DNA of 63,048 nucleotides, counting the filler, from Bigelowiella natans CCMP2755 (Eukaryota; Protista; Cercozoa): NCBI GenBank assembly GCA_000320545.1. It is 6 parts of 6 records of this genome, joined end to end, with 100 filler letters (N's around TTAATTAATTAA, not from the genome) between each part and the next. Parts side by side here need not be neighbours in the genome. Positions count along the whole stretch, not along the records: positions 33,066 to 43,470 come from ADNK01000328.1; positions 43,571 to 58,904 come from ADNK01000578.1; 4 more parts are not named here. One strand, given 5' to 3'. A program made the position numbers and the translations under genes. The notes beneath the pieces were generated by a model. That model was not told the DNA's origin, did not search any database, and worked only from the letters and a program-made list of their open reading frames with translations. Positions 40,127-52,162 of this stretch are shown here, one piece after another; position 1 is the first letter of the stretch, and the number at the start of each line of letters is the position of its first letter.

Positions 40127-42014
40127 ATGCTGGCCTCGCTCCTTCTGCCCCTCCTCGTCCTCCTGCGCGAGGCACAGACAACAGCAGCAAATGACGGAAA
40201 TACCATAATCGCCAAAGAAAATCAAAAGACGCTCTTCTCCAAGCCGATCTCTCTGAAGCCAGGGCACGTTTTCCGAGATCACATCGACATTGTACGCCTC
40301 CTTTTCCAACTTTTTCATTTCCATGTACGATTACTTTTCCGGGAAAAAAAAAAGCTTCGGGATTGAATGAATTCTCCTTTCGGAAGACTCCGGCAATTTT
40401 TTAAATGGAAGAAAGTGATCATCCACTCTTCCCACAACGCCAGTGATTGAATTTCCCGCCGCATTACAAAGGAGTTTCCACCGGGGATCATCGGGATAAC
40501 AGCGTTTGGAGCCGACCTAGTGCACCATGGCGGTGAGAGGGATGGGCAGCCAGTGCCTCTGAGCCATACCTACTTGCACCATTGGACCGTCCAACAACGG
40601 CACAAGCACAACTCTGGTAAGACACAAATACATACCCAAAATTATCCGGTGAGTTGCCAGATAATTTTCCTCTCAAAACTCGCATAATCAACCCATCACA
40701 GGATTCTGCTGGGAGGTCACACCTGCCCCCTTGACGCTCGAATACCTTCTCGGCGTTGGATCCGAGTCGCGAAGAACGACGGCTGACTTTCCACCCCCAT
40801 ACGCCCTTGTCGTTGATGACCGCGACACATGGTGGGTGGATCTTCATGCTATCGATCTTCGAAATACCGTCGATTCGCTTGCTTGTCGCGAGTGCCTGTG
40901 CACTGAGTTCCCTCCCCGCAGCGACCTGCCAGAGGATTATATAGGCGGCCTTGATTGCTGCGTGGGAGATTCAACTCCTTGCCGAGTGACGAATGAAACA
41001 GGAGCGGTAATGGACTACAAGCTGCGGTATAACGTGACCTGGGTAGAAGGAAAGGAGCTCGAGGAAAGGACGCCAGTGGAGATGTTCGTTATGGATGTTA
41101 CAGGCGTGTTTGATCGGAAGGTGATAATAGATGGAGGAGGAAGAGGAGGAGAAAGAAGTTCATTTCGGGGGGCGGATGATGATTTTTTTATGTGCAAGCC
41201 CTGTCGATGTAATGTCAAGACGAATCGAAAGAAGTAGGAAGGCGGGAAAATTTTAGAGGATAAAATTTATTGGAAGATCGTAGAAAGTATATTCCGAAAT
41301 CGAACTTAAAGGCACTAATACGACTTTTATTCCGCAGCATAACCTGCCATGTCGCCGTTGAGTGTAGTCAAAAATTTCTCTTCTTTCTTATCTTCTGTTA
41401 GAGTAGCTGTTTAGATAACGGTTTCACATTGTGCACAAAGTAAACGTCTCATTCCTGCTCGTTATGCCTCAATTCCTCATTCTTCGTTATCCCCCACATT
41501 ACTTTAGAACGAGTCCCACTGCTTCATAGAATATGACGTTCCCCACCCCCCTTCCGCCTATCGCCACGATGGAAGCAACCCTCTCCCCCCTGTATCGTTT
41601 GGGGAAATTTTGGGAGTCAACAATAGCAGCAACAGCAGCATTGAATATGATGATGACTACTTCACCCTCAAATCGACGTTTTCCTTCGATCATAGCGGGC
41701 GTGTGGTGCTTGCAATACCACATCTCCACTCCGGCGCCAATTTCGCCGAGGTTAGACGCAAAGCGACTGGGGAATTAGTGTGTCGTGGGGATGCATTATA
41801 TGGGCAAGGTTCTACGCCGGGGGACGAGAAGGGTTTTGTTGTGGAAATCACCACGTGCCGAGAAGGCTGGAGCGTTACGCGCGACGAGGAGTTTTCTTTT
41901 TCGGTGCAGTACAATACTACAGGGGGGCTAGATGAGGGGTATTCCCCTGTCGCACACACTGGAGTGATGGGCTACATGTGGATGGCGCTCACGTTCGATG
42001 ATGTAAAGCGATGA
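40127..42014 (+). CDS. Secreted Stress up-regulated Nod 19 (SURNod19) family protein, multi-exon
   Basis: Signal peptide MLASLLLPLLVLL, then LFSKPISLKPG, EFPPGIIGITAFGADLV, VPLSHTYLHHW, GVGSESRRT, LHAIDLR..CRECLC, YIGGLDCC, HLHSG, YGQGSTPGDEKGFVV, HTGVMG. All match plant SURNod19 motifs in order. Confidence 0.85.
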
Positions 42015-43470
42015 GATACATTAGCGATTTAAATGCAATGAACATGCCACCAGATGTCACTGACATCATCGCACAAAAAGGTGCAGCGGTTGGATGATCT
42101 AACACGACATTTGCGTGCGAAAATGTCATGATTGTTGTTTCCATTGTGCTGCACCACGTGTTGGTCCGCGTGCAAAGAATCCAGAAAATTCCAACATCAT
42201 GCTAGCATGCGCCATTGACGGCATGTGCAAACTTGAATGCTCAGTGTTGTTGCCGTTGCTTGCCTGCTTGACATTTGAGGCACAGCACTGCTAGTAGACT
42301 GCTTCACACTGGCACATGCCGCAGACCTTCACAGGCATGCGTGCCAACTCTGCAACTGCACAGTTTGCTGGCTAGCCAACCAACTTTTCAATTTTCATGC
42401 GAGGCTGACTAGCTGAGTGCGCTGCCAACTTGCAACAAATTGCAAGCATTGCATGCAAACGTGTCCGCAGGCTAGCCATCATGGGCACATTGTTTGCAGC
42501 CAGCCGGGCCTCGATCTGGAGCGTCTGCGTGGATCACACCGCACCTGCTAGCCTGCACTAGCTAGCTAGCTAGCTAGTGCACCGCGCGGGGCACTGCATG
42601 CGCACAGCAGCGCGCCTTTGCGCTGCCCATGATTGGCACGGCAACTCTTCTCTTGTTCAAGATTGCCACGAACGAAAATGAATGAATGGAGCAGTTCCAT
42701 TGCATCTCCCAGCTCCTGGCCTCTGCAAATTCACGTTCCCGTTCACATTCCGGCGAGTGCAGGCACCTAGCTCGTTCACTTTGACACCAGAACCATCTCA
42801 CTTTTCCTGTTTGATCCAGAGGTTGTAGGAGCCACTGCACGCGCAAGCACCGAACACGAGAAAAGTCACCACCCCGCACGATGTTCTTCCGTTGAACGAA
42901 CACACAGCCCATTCCCTTAAATCTTTACGCGACAAGAGATTCAACATGACGCGTTGTAGGAAATGAAGGCCATTTCTCAAGATTTTAACGATTTTATCGC
43001 CCTCTTTCGATTTCTCCAAAGTTAACTTAATCAAGATCCCAACTCGGAACCTCCTTCCCCCCCCCCCTTCGAACCAAGGGACAGCACCTCCCTCGGAACT
43101 AGGAGCGGTACATTTTGTGCACAATTCTGTGAGAGGAGTACCCTGGAACGATTCTGCGTGTGCAAGTTTAGCTCAAATGGTGTCAGTGTCTGAAGGGGAG
43201 ATGGGGATTACATGTAGATGATCTTGACTGTGTGACTTTACTCGCCATTTGTGAATTCTAGTGCACTTTTCGATTGCGTGAAGTTAAATTCAAAACCGCA
43301 ATAATCCTCAGAGTCGAGGGCATCCATGGGATCCGCAGAGTCGACCACTGGTAACCGCTAGCGAGTACAAAGGAGGAGGAGGAGGAGGAGGAGGAGGAGG
43401 AGGGAGGAGGAGGAGGAGGAGGAGGAGGAGGGGGAGGAATCTTTCCATGACCACCGCTATTGCTGCAGCA

Positions 43471-43570
43471 NNNNNNNNNNNNNNNNNNNNNNNNNNNNNN
43501 NNNNNNNNNNNNNNTTAATTAATTAANNNNNNNNNNNNNNNNNNNNNNNNNNNNNNNNNNNNNNNNNNNN
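43471..43570. other. Artificial scaffold gap linker
   Basis: N run with central TTAATTAATTAA. Confidence 0.98.
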
Positions 43571-43571
43571 A

Positions 43572-43639
<68 letters not shown>

Positions 43640-43644
<5 letters not shown>

Positions 43645-43961
43645 ACAACATTACCCCTTCATCATCATCTTCGTCGTCATCATCATCTTCGTCGTCATCA
43701 TCATCTTCGTCATCATCTTCATCGCCGTCCTCATCCTCCCCGTCCTCGTCGCCGTCTTCTTCGCTTTCTTCATCTTCTGCTTCATCGTCCTCGCCGCTAT
43801 CACCTTCCTCATCCCCTTCAAACTCGTCGCCTATCACCATCGTAGCTGAGAGTAGCCATGAATACACAACAACGACAAGACGGTTGGGTAATAAGAGAGG
43901 CGGGGAAAGAAGGAACAGCAGCAGAGAGTGATTGTAAGGTGATTTGGGGCAGCGGCATATT

Positions 43962-44031
<70 letters not shown>

Positions 44032-44870
44032 TGAGTGGACACACAGATAAAGAAAACGGTGGGAGGAAGAGAGATCAAAGGGAATAATCGAGAGGAAGAT
44101 CCTTGTACGCACCATCATCATCACCATCATCGTCGTCGTTGTCCGCCTCCTGCTCGCCATCTTTGCCGACTGCAAGCCTTCCTTTCTTCTTCTTCTTCTT
44201 TCCGTTTTTCCTTCCCGAAGCAGCTTTGCCCCCGCCCCTCCCCTCCCTCCCCCCATTCTCGTCCATCAGGAGATACTGGTCTTGTCCCCTCACTCCCCAC
44301 GTCTGCGTTGTGGCAAAGAGTAGTAGTAGTAGTAGGAGCAAGATATATTCAGCAGGGGTGGCGGAGGGAAAAACCCGAGCCCCCCCATTCCATGAGCAAA
44401 AGGGTGGCATGCAACCTCTCGCCTCCTCGCCTCTGCATTAGTAGCAGTGTCTATATCTCTCACATCGCTCACCATAACGGCAATGCAGTCATAATTTAAA
44501 AAAAAAGAAAAGATAATAACAATAATAATGATGATAATATTATTAATAATAATAATAATCATAATCATAATCACAATCATATTGGGCAATCGAGGCCTAT
44601 CTACTACCACCTTTCTCTCGGCCCGAGACCAAGACTTCCGTATCGTGGTAGCGTACTTCAAATCATCATCATCATCATCATCACGATGAGATGGTGACCC
44701 GGAAGAGGGCAGAGGCGAGGGGCAATACACAAAATCGATGCTCTGTGATGAAAACAATGTCATTCGTCACGCATAGGCCAGGAGAGGAGATGTACAACAG
44801 GGATTATTCTCATAGTTATATTTCTATCTACACCTCCACACACACACAGAGAGAGAGAGAGACAGAAAGA

Positions 44871-44918
<48 letters not shown>

Positions 44919-45192
44919 AAGAGAGAGAAAGAGAGAGAATATGATATATGTTTATATTCTGATATGCATATGTCCCTTAAACATGCCTTTCTAGCGTTTA
45001 AACCCGAGAATGACTTCCTCCTCCCCCTATCTCCCCACTCCTGCACCCCTCCCTCCCCCTACTAAGTAAGAGATGGGCTGGCTACCTTCGAGGGGTCCAG
45101 GGCTTGCTCCGCTGCGAAGTTAACATGCAGCGCTTCATCCAGCCAATTCATCCATCGTTTGCCACCTGCGTGGAACACCAACCTCTGCTATC

Positions 45193-45224
<32 letters not shown>

Positions 45225-45322
45225 CATCGTCGCTATTCTGGTCGCCAAACCATGCTTTCCACACCGCGGGGCCAGCTCACGGGGAAGAGATAGTCGGTGT
45301 TGAAAGCGCAACAAAATACATG

Positions 45323-45355
<33 letters not shown>

Positions 45356-45793
45356 TGTATACCGTAGCCCTGAGTCTTCTCCAGCATCGGCTGTGTACAA
45401 CACAAACACGGTGGTTTGCCATCGGCATTAAATCGTCAATTGAGTGATGTATCATCTTCATCACACACAGATGCGGAGCCGTAAATGGTACCAGCAGAAG
45501 AAGAGAAAACATACAAACACAACGCATATAGGTGTGTGCGCGCGCGTTGTATCTCTACTATACGCTAAAGACACCTCCAGATATTCCCGGTAGAAGTGCC
45601 TGCTTTTGTTTTTCGCCTCCGCGTCCTTATACAAATCAGCAAGCTCCTACAGAGATTATGATGTCAAGAGGGCGGTTTAAGTCAATTAACGTGGTGCGAA
45701 AGGCAAGAAGAACACGGGATAGTACAGGGCTCGCTATTCTCGTCGTTGCTCTGCTATCGTAATTCGTTACACACACGCACACACAAACATAGA

Positions 45794-45834
<41 letters not shown>

Positions 45835-46295
45835 TTTCTGAGCACCCTGAGCTCCTTAGGAATGTTTTGATTCGTTGATTCGAGCAAACGCAACAGTTTC
45901 CCGGCAATAGATCCACGCTGCGGCGTATTCACTCCATTAGAGGTACAATTTCAACCCCCCCCCCCCCTGAAACAGAAGAACTATACTGCGGCGCAGCTCA
46001 TTCACATCGTCGCACAGAACATCATTATGGGAACGAAGCCTCTATGTGTGCATGTGCGTGCGGTGGTGTGTGCGCGGGGATGAGAGCGCACCACGCCTCC
46101 CGCATCGAATCGCATCCCTCGCCATTCACGATGTGTAGTAAAAACAAAAACCGGACCATGAGCAGCACGTGCGTCTATTACTACTGCAACAACTTCTACT
46201 ACTAGCTATAGCTAGTAGTACCTGTTTGGTGATGAAGGACACCGCAGTTCCATTGCAGGAGATTCTCCCAGTTCGGCCGATCTTGAAGGCACGGA

Positions 46296-46343
<48 letters not shown>

Positions 46344-46395
46344 AGTTTATGTAGATCATCAATAATATATGTATATGCGTGCGTGCGTGTGTGGG

Positions 46396-46439
<44 letters not shown>

Positions 46440-46793
46440 CAAACCGCCTCCGCATCATGCACAACTATGACAAACAGAGAGGGGACTACTCGGCGTCTAA
46501 ATGATGACTGTAAAGTACTAACAGGCGCTATTGTTTCTAACGCTTACTCGATTCACGTATTGCGTGAGCGTGGGAGGAAAGTCATAGTTGACTACGAAAG
46601 GGATATTGGGTATATGCAGTCCACGGCCTGTTGTTTTTGTTTAAATGCGAAAGAAGGAAGGAAGGAGAAGCTTTATCACCAATCGCTGTCGAGAACAGCA
46701 GCAGCACAAAATAATCATGGAAAAACACACACACACATACACACACACGCACGCACACACGCATATACACATACCCACAACATACATTCTCTC

Positions 46794-46837
<44 letters not shown>

Positions 46838-47024
46838 ACTAGAGAGAGGGAATCCGCATCCTTCTTCCTCACAGCCGTGCATGTGTTCTATTTGCGTTGT
46901 CGCTGCGGCTGCCCCCATCTCTCTATACAACGGCACCGGCAAGATCTGTCGCCACCAATATCGGTGATTTCCCCGATCTGAAGTCCTGCAGCGCTTGCTC
47001 CCTTCACGCGTAAAAACCAATCAC

Positions 47025-47060
<36 letters not shown>

Positions 47061-47548
47061 TCGCAACACACGCAAAGATTAACAAAGTCTTAGGAGGCGT
47101 GCTGGCGTGAAGAGCAAAGCAAACCCGCCCCCCCTAGGGCCGGGCCCGACGAGAGCATGCACGTTTGTGTACATCTACATTTCTGAACTGTTCCGAGAAA
47201 CACGTTGAGCAAACAAACGCGTGTACAATGACCTTTCGACCTGCGACCGCATCCCGTGCAAGACGGAAACCTGTATGTAATATACATTTATTATACACAC
47301 GATTATTGGCGGGTGATAACAAATATGCGTCACCACGCTGCATGTACGCATGTGTGCGTTAGAGAGAGAGAAAGGGGGAGGGGGGAACGGGGTACATATC
47401 ATTTGACCCTATGCTTGCGTTTTTGTAGCAACGTCGTCAGCTTTCGCGCCTGCCCAAAGAAATGATTCATTAATTTTGACGTGAAATCATCAGCACAGCA
47501 TTCAAAATAGGATCATGCACGCAGCAGAGACGAGCAGACACACATCAA

Positions 47549-47588
<40 letters not shown>

Positions 47589-47730
47589 CACTCACTCACT
47601 CATACCCTTAACACAAGCGTGTCATACTATTCTTCGATCATTTCAAATAACTCACAAGCCGCAACACCCTGACGACCGACTAATTAACCAAATATACTGC
47701 TGCTCTCCCAAGTGATCGTCGTTAGCATAT

Positions 47731-47761
<31 letters not shown>

Positions 47762-48595
47762 CTCCACGATGCGATTAGTGAAGATGAGCACACGACTTCT
47801 GTGATGCTTCTTCATCTAAAGACGACAGTGTGAGGATAAGCGCCCAACGGTGGTGTGCAAAGGTAGTAGGAACAGCATCAATGGGATAGAAGATCAGCTC
47901 TCTAGATTCTTCCGCCAATTTTTGAAAAACGTACACACTACACCAAGCGCCAAATGCTCAATTACCTTCAACTCTTCGTCGCGGATATCATGCAAGAACC
48001 TGAGAAGTAGTAGTAGTAGTAGAAGAAGAAGAAGAAGAAGAAGGAGGAGGGAGGAGGAGGAGAAGAGGAAAATTGATCTGTCTGTCTTTTTTTTAATCGA
48101 AAACCATAACAATCAGCAACTACTCATCCTCAATTTGCTTTGCCATTTTCACCACCACCACCACCACCATCATCATCATCAACCCACATCGCCATCCACT
48201 CGAAACAGCAATAAGCAGCATAGCGACATGGCGCATAGATTCCCCCGATCTATACATCAAAGGCTAGCAAGGCCAAAAAGCCCATGGTTCTTCCTCCCGA
48301 AAAACCACCCGGAAAAACAACAACTGAGCGCGAGGTTTCAATGCAGAGATTCAGTGATGAGAATCGCTGCTGCTCATGCTCATCCTTAGCGGAAAAGCAA
48401 TAGATGGATCTCCACCACATATTAGGATTTTCGCTCCGATCGGGAGAACCCCCTTTTCACCATTCTATTGACAATTGCTTCTAATGCATGCGGGTAGATA
48501 CAACCCTCACCGGAGGAGCTTTCGGAATTTTTTATTCTCGCTGGTCACGAATACGTACTGCGCGACGGAGCGAGGGACAACGACTCTGATGACCA

Positions 48596-48633
<38 letters not shown>

Positions 48634-48822
48634 ATATATACGCGCTCAATCACGCATCTCAAGAGCGTCTGCTTGAGCTTCCACCTGGGGTCGAATGATT
48701 GACTCGCAAAGGAGGGGCTCACGGAGAAAAGACCCGCTCATTTGCTTCAATGCCTCTGGAAACGTAGCGCTGAATGAAACACGTGTACAACATCAAATTA
48801 TGATACATAAATTAATATACTA

Positions 48823-48862
<40 letters not shown>

Positions 48863-49168
48863 ATCTATTTTTTCCATTGATGATGAAATTTTTGTCTTCT
48901 TTCGCTCCTCACACAACATCCCTTTTTTCACCTGCAATGTACTGATTGCAGTCGCTTCGATGTCAGGCGCTTTCGGATGGATTCGATCTGCATATGAATA
49001 TTTATGCGTATAATATTATCAATAGTTCTTTATGCTCTGTCTCTCATTTGAGTACTAGTACCACCTGCTCACGCATCCCCATTCCGACGAGCTGTTTTAT
49101 GCAAAGCAAAACCATCATCACGATTTAAATGTATATATTGATCGTATAAGGTTACTGCGCGCCACACG

Positions 49169-49206
<38 letters not shown>

Positions 49207-49468
49207 TCGCGTAAAAACACGATTCTCTGCTCTCCTATTACTGAAGACTAACAGTTAAAATGTGTTTATTTCTGCGCGGCCAGGGATTATTTCTCTTTCT
49301 CTCTCTTTCTGTCTTGTTCTCTTCTTCTTCTTCTTCTTCTTCTTCTTCTTCTTGTTGTTGCCTTGTCTGCTTCATCTAGGACGAAGAACGTGACTTTTTT
49401 GAGGGAAATCTTCTGAGAGAAACGTAGCAACGCGCACACCAACAAAAAGACGGATATTACGTGGCTGA

Positions 49469-49513
<45 letters not shown>

Positions 49514-49626
49514 CCACATCGTGTGATGAATTTCTTACTTTGTTCTCCGACAGGACCTGCACGAATCTCCCAGGAGTGGCGATGATGATGTCGAATCCTG
49601 ATGGTAGTCGTTGCGTGTAATAATGA

Positions 49627-49671
<45 letters not shown>

Positions 49672-49882
49672 CGCGTGCGTGTATGTGTGCGTGTGTGTGC
49701 GCGTGTTCTCTCATATATCCTTCTTCCCCTCCATCCTTCATCATTGCCTCCGTTCTATACACTTTGCTGTCGCAAATTCGCTGCAACCACGTCGACAACA
49801 CGTCACTACCTAATCCCTCTGCCAGGAACTCCCGCTCCTTACGTCGTAGTAGTAACAGAGGGAATCAAACCGACGATACAAT

Positions 49883-49916
<34 letters not shown>

Positions 49917-50198
49917 GCAGCAGCAGCAACAACAGCAGGCCACAAAGGAGGGGGATTTGTCAATACATAATTATGATAATACTCCAATCTTGCCGTTAGT
50001 ATGCTGTCGCTGTTGTAGTTCAAATATGATGCAAACAACCTGCCGGGAATGCAGCGTCGTCTTTGTCCCCCCCTCCACGATGCTGCGCGTACCACAAAAG
50101 AGCACAAGCCGTTTGTTTATTGATGAGAGCACAGCGCTCAACTGCATGCCCACGCACCGTACATAACCGGCTCAAAACACGCACACACACACACACAT

Positions 50199-50236
<38 letters not shown>

Positions 50237-50376
50237 CATATATTTAATGAATATAGTACATGTATATATACCTTGTCATCTTGTCGTAAGTCGAAGAGGC
50301 GGTACCCCCTCCGATCAGAGTTATCACCCTTGCCTTCACAAGCTTCCACATGCTCATCGCAGCTCTAAGAGAACAA

Positions 50377-50412
<36 letters not shown>

Positions 50413-51700
50413 CTATTATTTCAATATATATGATAGAGAGCATACAACGATGATGACGACGACGACGATGATGATGATGATGATGATGACGATGAGAACC
50501 GACTTTTGCACTTGCTTAGCCAACTCGCGCGTTGGCTCGATGATAACCACCCTCGGATGGCAGCGCTCCTATGTAAAAATACACGAAGAACACACTCTAT
50601 TATGGACACATCCAACTGTCTCCCTCCTCTAACTTTGTACGAATAATATGGTAGTTTTTCCTGTTTGGTGCTTTGTGAGTCATCAGATGCATTCTTCATC
50701 TAATTCCTCCTTATCATCGTAGAAGATGAATCGTTCTCTCGTCATTGCACTCTCCACTATCACCCCCTCCACTATCAACGTCGTCATAGTTATCGTCGAC
50801 GTCATCATCATCCAACTCACCGGTTTCTCCTGTCGCAGCTGCAAGTGCCTGGTAGAAAGGACAACAAAACAATCGATTATTCACACACGCGCACGCACGC
50901 ACACGCATACAACTCCTTGTTTTAGTCCTTTCAACCCGTCAAAATGACGGCAGAGAAGAGACGGTAGAAGAAACGGCGAGATGACGAAGAACCGCGCACC
51001 AAAGAAAGACGAGAAAGAGAGAGAAGATCGATACAATCAAGGCCCAACAGCTTACTTGATTGCGGGAAGAAGAAATGCCAAGGTCTTTCCGCTTCCAGTC
51101 TCACTGGTAGTAGTGTAGTGCAATCGCGGAATTCAAAGCAGCACGTAATTATAATGGCAATGATGATGGTGATGATGACAACAAGGAAGATACGAGACCG
51201 ATGAAGGCCTCTATTCTTTCTACTGCAGCAGGCCTCCCATGATTCACTCGGCACACGTATAACATTACACACACACACACGCACGCGTACGTACTTATAA
51301 CAACATATTCTTGTGTCATGATTCAGACAAAATACTAGCTGGAAAGCTCTCGTTTGCTTGCCTGATAATTTGTGCATCCCTGCCTGACCAAAGTGGCCTC
51401 CTGACGATCACACCGTCGTCGTCAAACAACTACCCTATCTTGCTAACTAAACGTCGTTTTGTACTATCCGAGGCTGTGTAATATACATCGTGTTTCCCGT
51501 AGAAACAGAGGGCGAAGAGGGAGGGGTCGTTCGATAGGTGGCTGCTCTATGGCCACCACCGAGTCAAAAGTAGTGATGGTCATCATCATCATCATCATCA
51601 TCATCATATATACCAGCACGTCGTCTGAATGGGGGTGGGGGTGGACAAACGGTTCAAAGAGAAGTATCTCTGGAACATCTCCGGGAATCCTAGAAAGCAA
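43640..51700 (-). CDS. DEAD-box ATP-dependent RNA helicase, many small exons; probable acidic C-terminal tail; 5' exons may extend to about 54200
   Basis: Motifs in order on the - strand: I SETGSGKTLAF (~51074-51105), Ia IIEPTRELAKQ (~50515-50550), Ib IATPGR (~49570), II VLDEADK (~49370), III FSATFP (~48765), IV VLIFTN (~47780), V ILVATDLAGRGLHI (~46950 and ~46620), VI YVNRIGRTGR (~46550 and ~46270). Assignment of the D/E-rich exon at 43640-43850 to this gene is inferred. Confidence 0.9.
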
Positions 51701-51730
51701 GAAATGTATGATGGGTGTTGTTGCAAAGAA

Positions 51731-51778
<48 letters not shown>

Positions 51779-51895
51779 TTCTATATATATTAGACATATC
51801 ACTCCCACAGTTGTGATGGTGGTGGTGGTAGCTAACGACGACATCTATTTTTTAAAGTTCTTGATTAAACGCATAAAATGTAAATATCTCTCTCT

Positions 51896-51945
<50 letters not shown>

Positions 51946-52125
51946 ACCCTTAAATGCCTCGTGATCGATTGGAACAAAGGCCTGTTTTCTACAAAGATCA
52001 TAGATAAACACAATAGTAAATGTATGCGATACACGTATGCGGAAGTGAATTATTGCGTGGGCATTGAGTGAGGAGGTTTCAAATTACGAAGAATCACCTT
52101 CGCTTCTGCATCTTCGTTCTGTTCC

Positions 52126-52162
<37 letters not shown>

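Noticed and set aside
45090-45300. GRF-zinc-finger-like fragments (PRCGKHG.., WMNWLDE) downstream of the helicase core
   Set aside because: I could not build a consistent spliced frame containing all the ligands.
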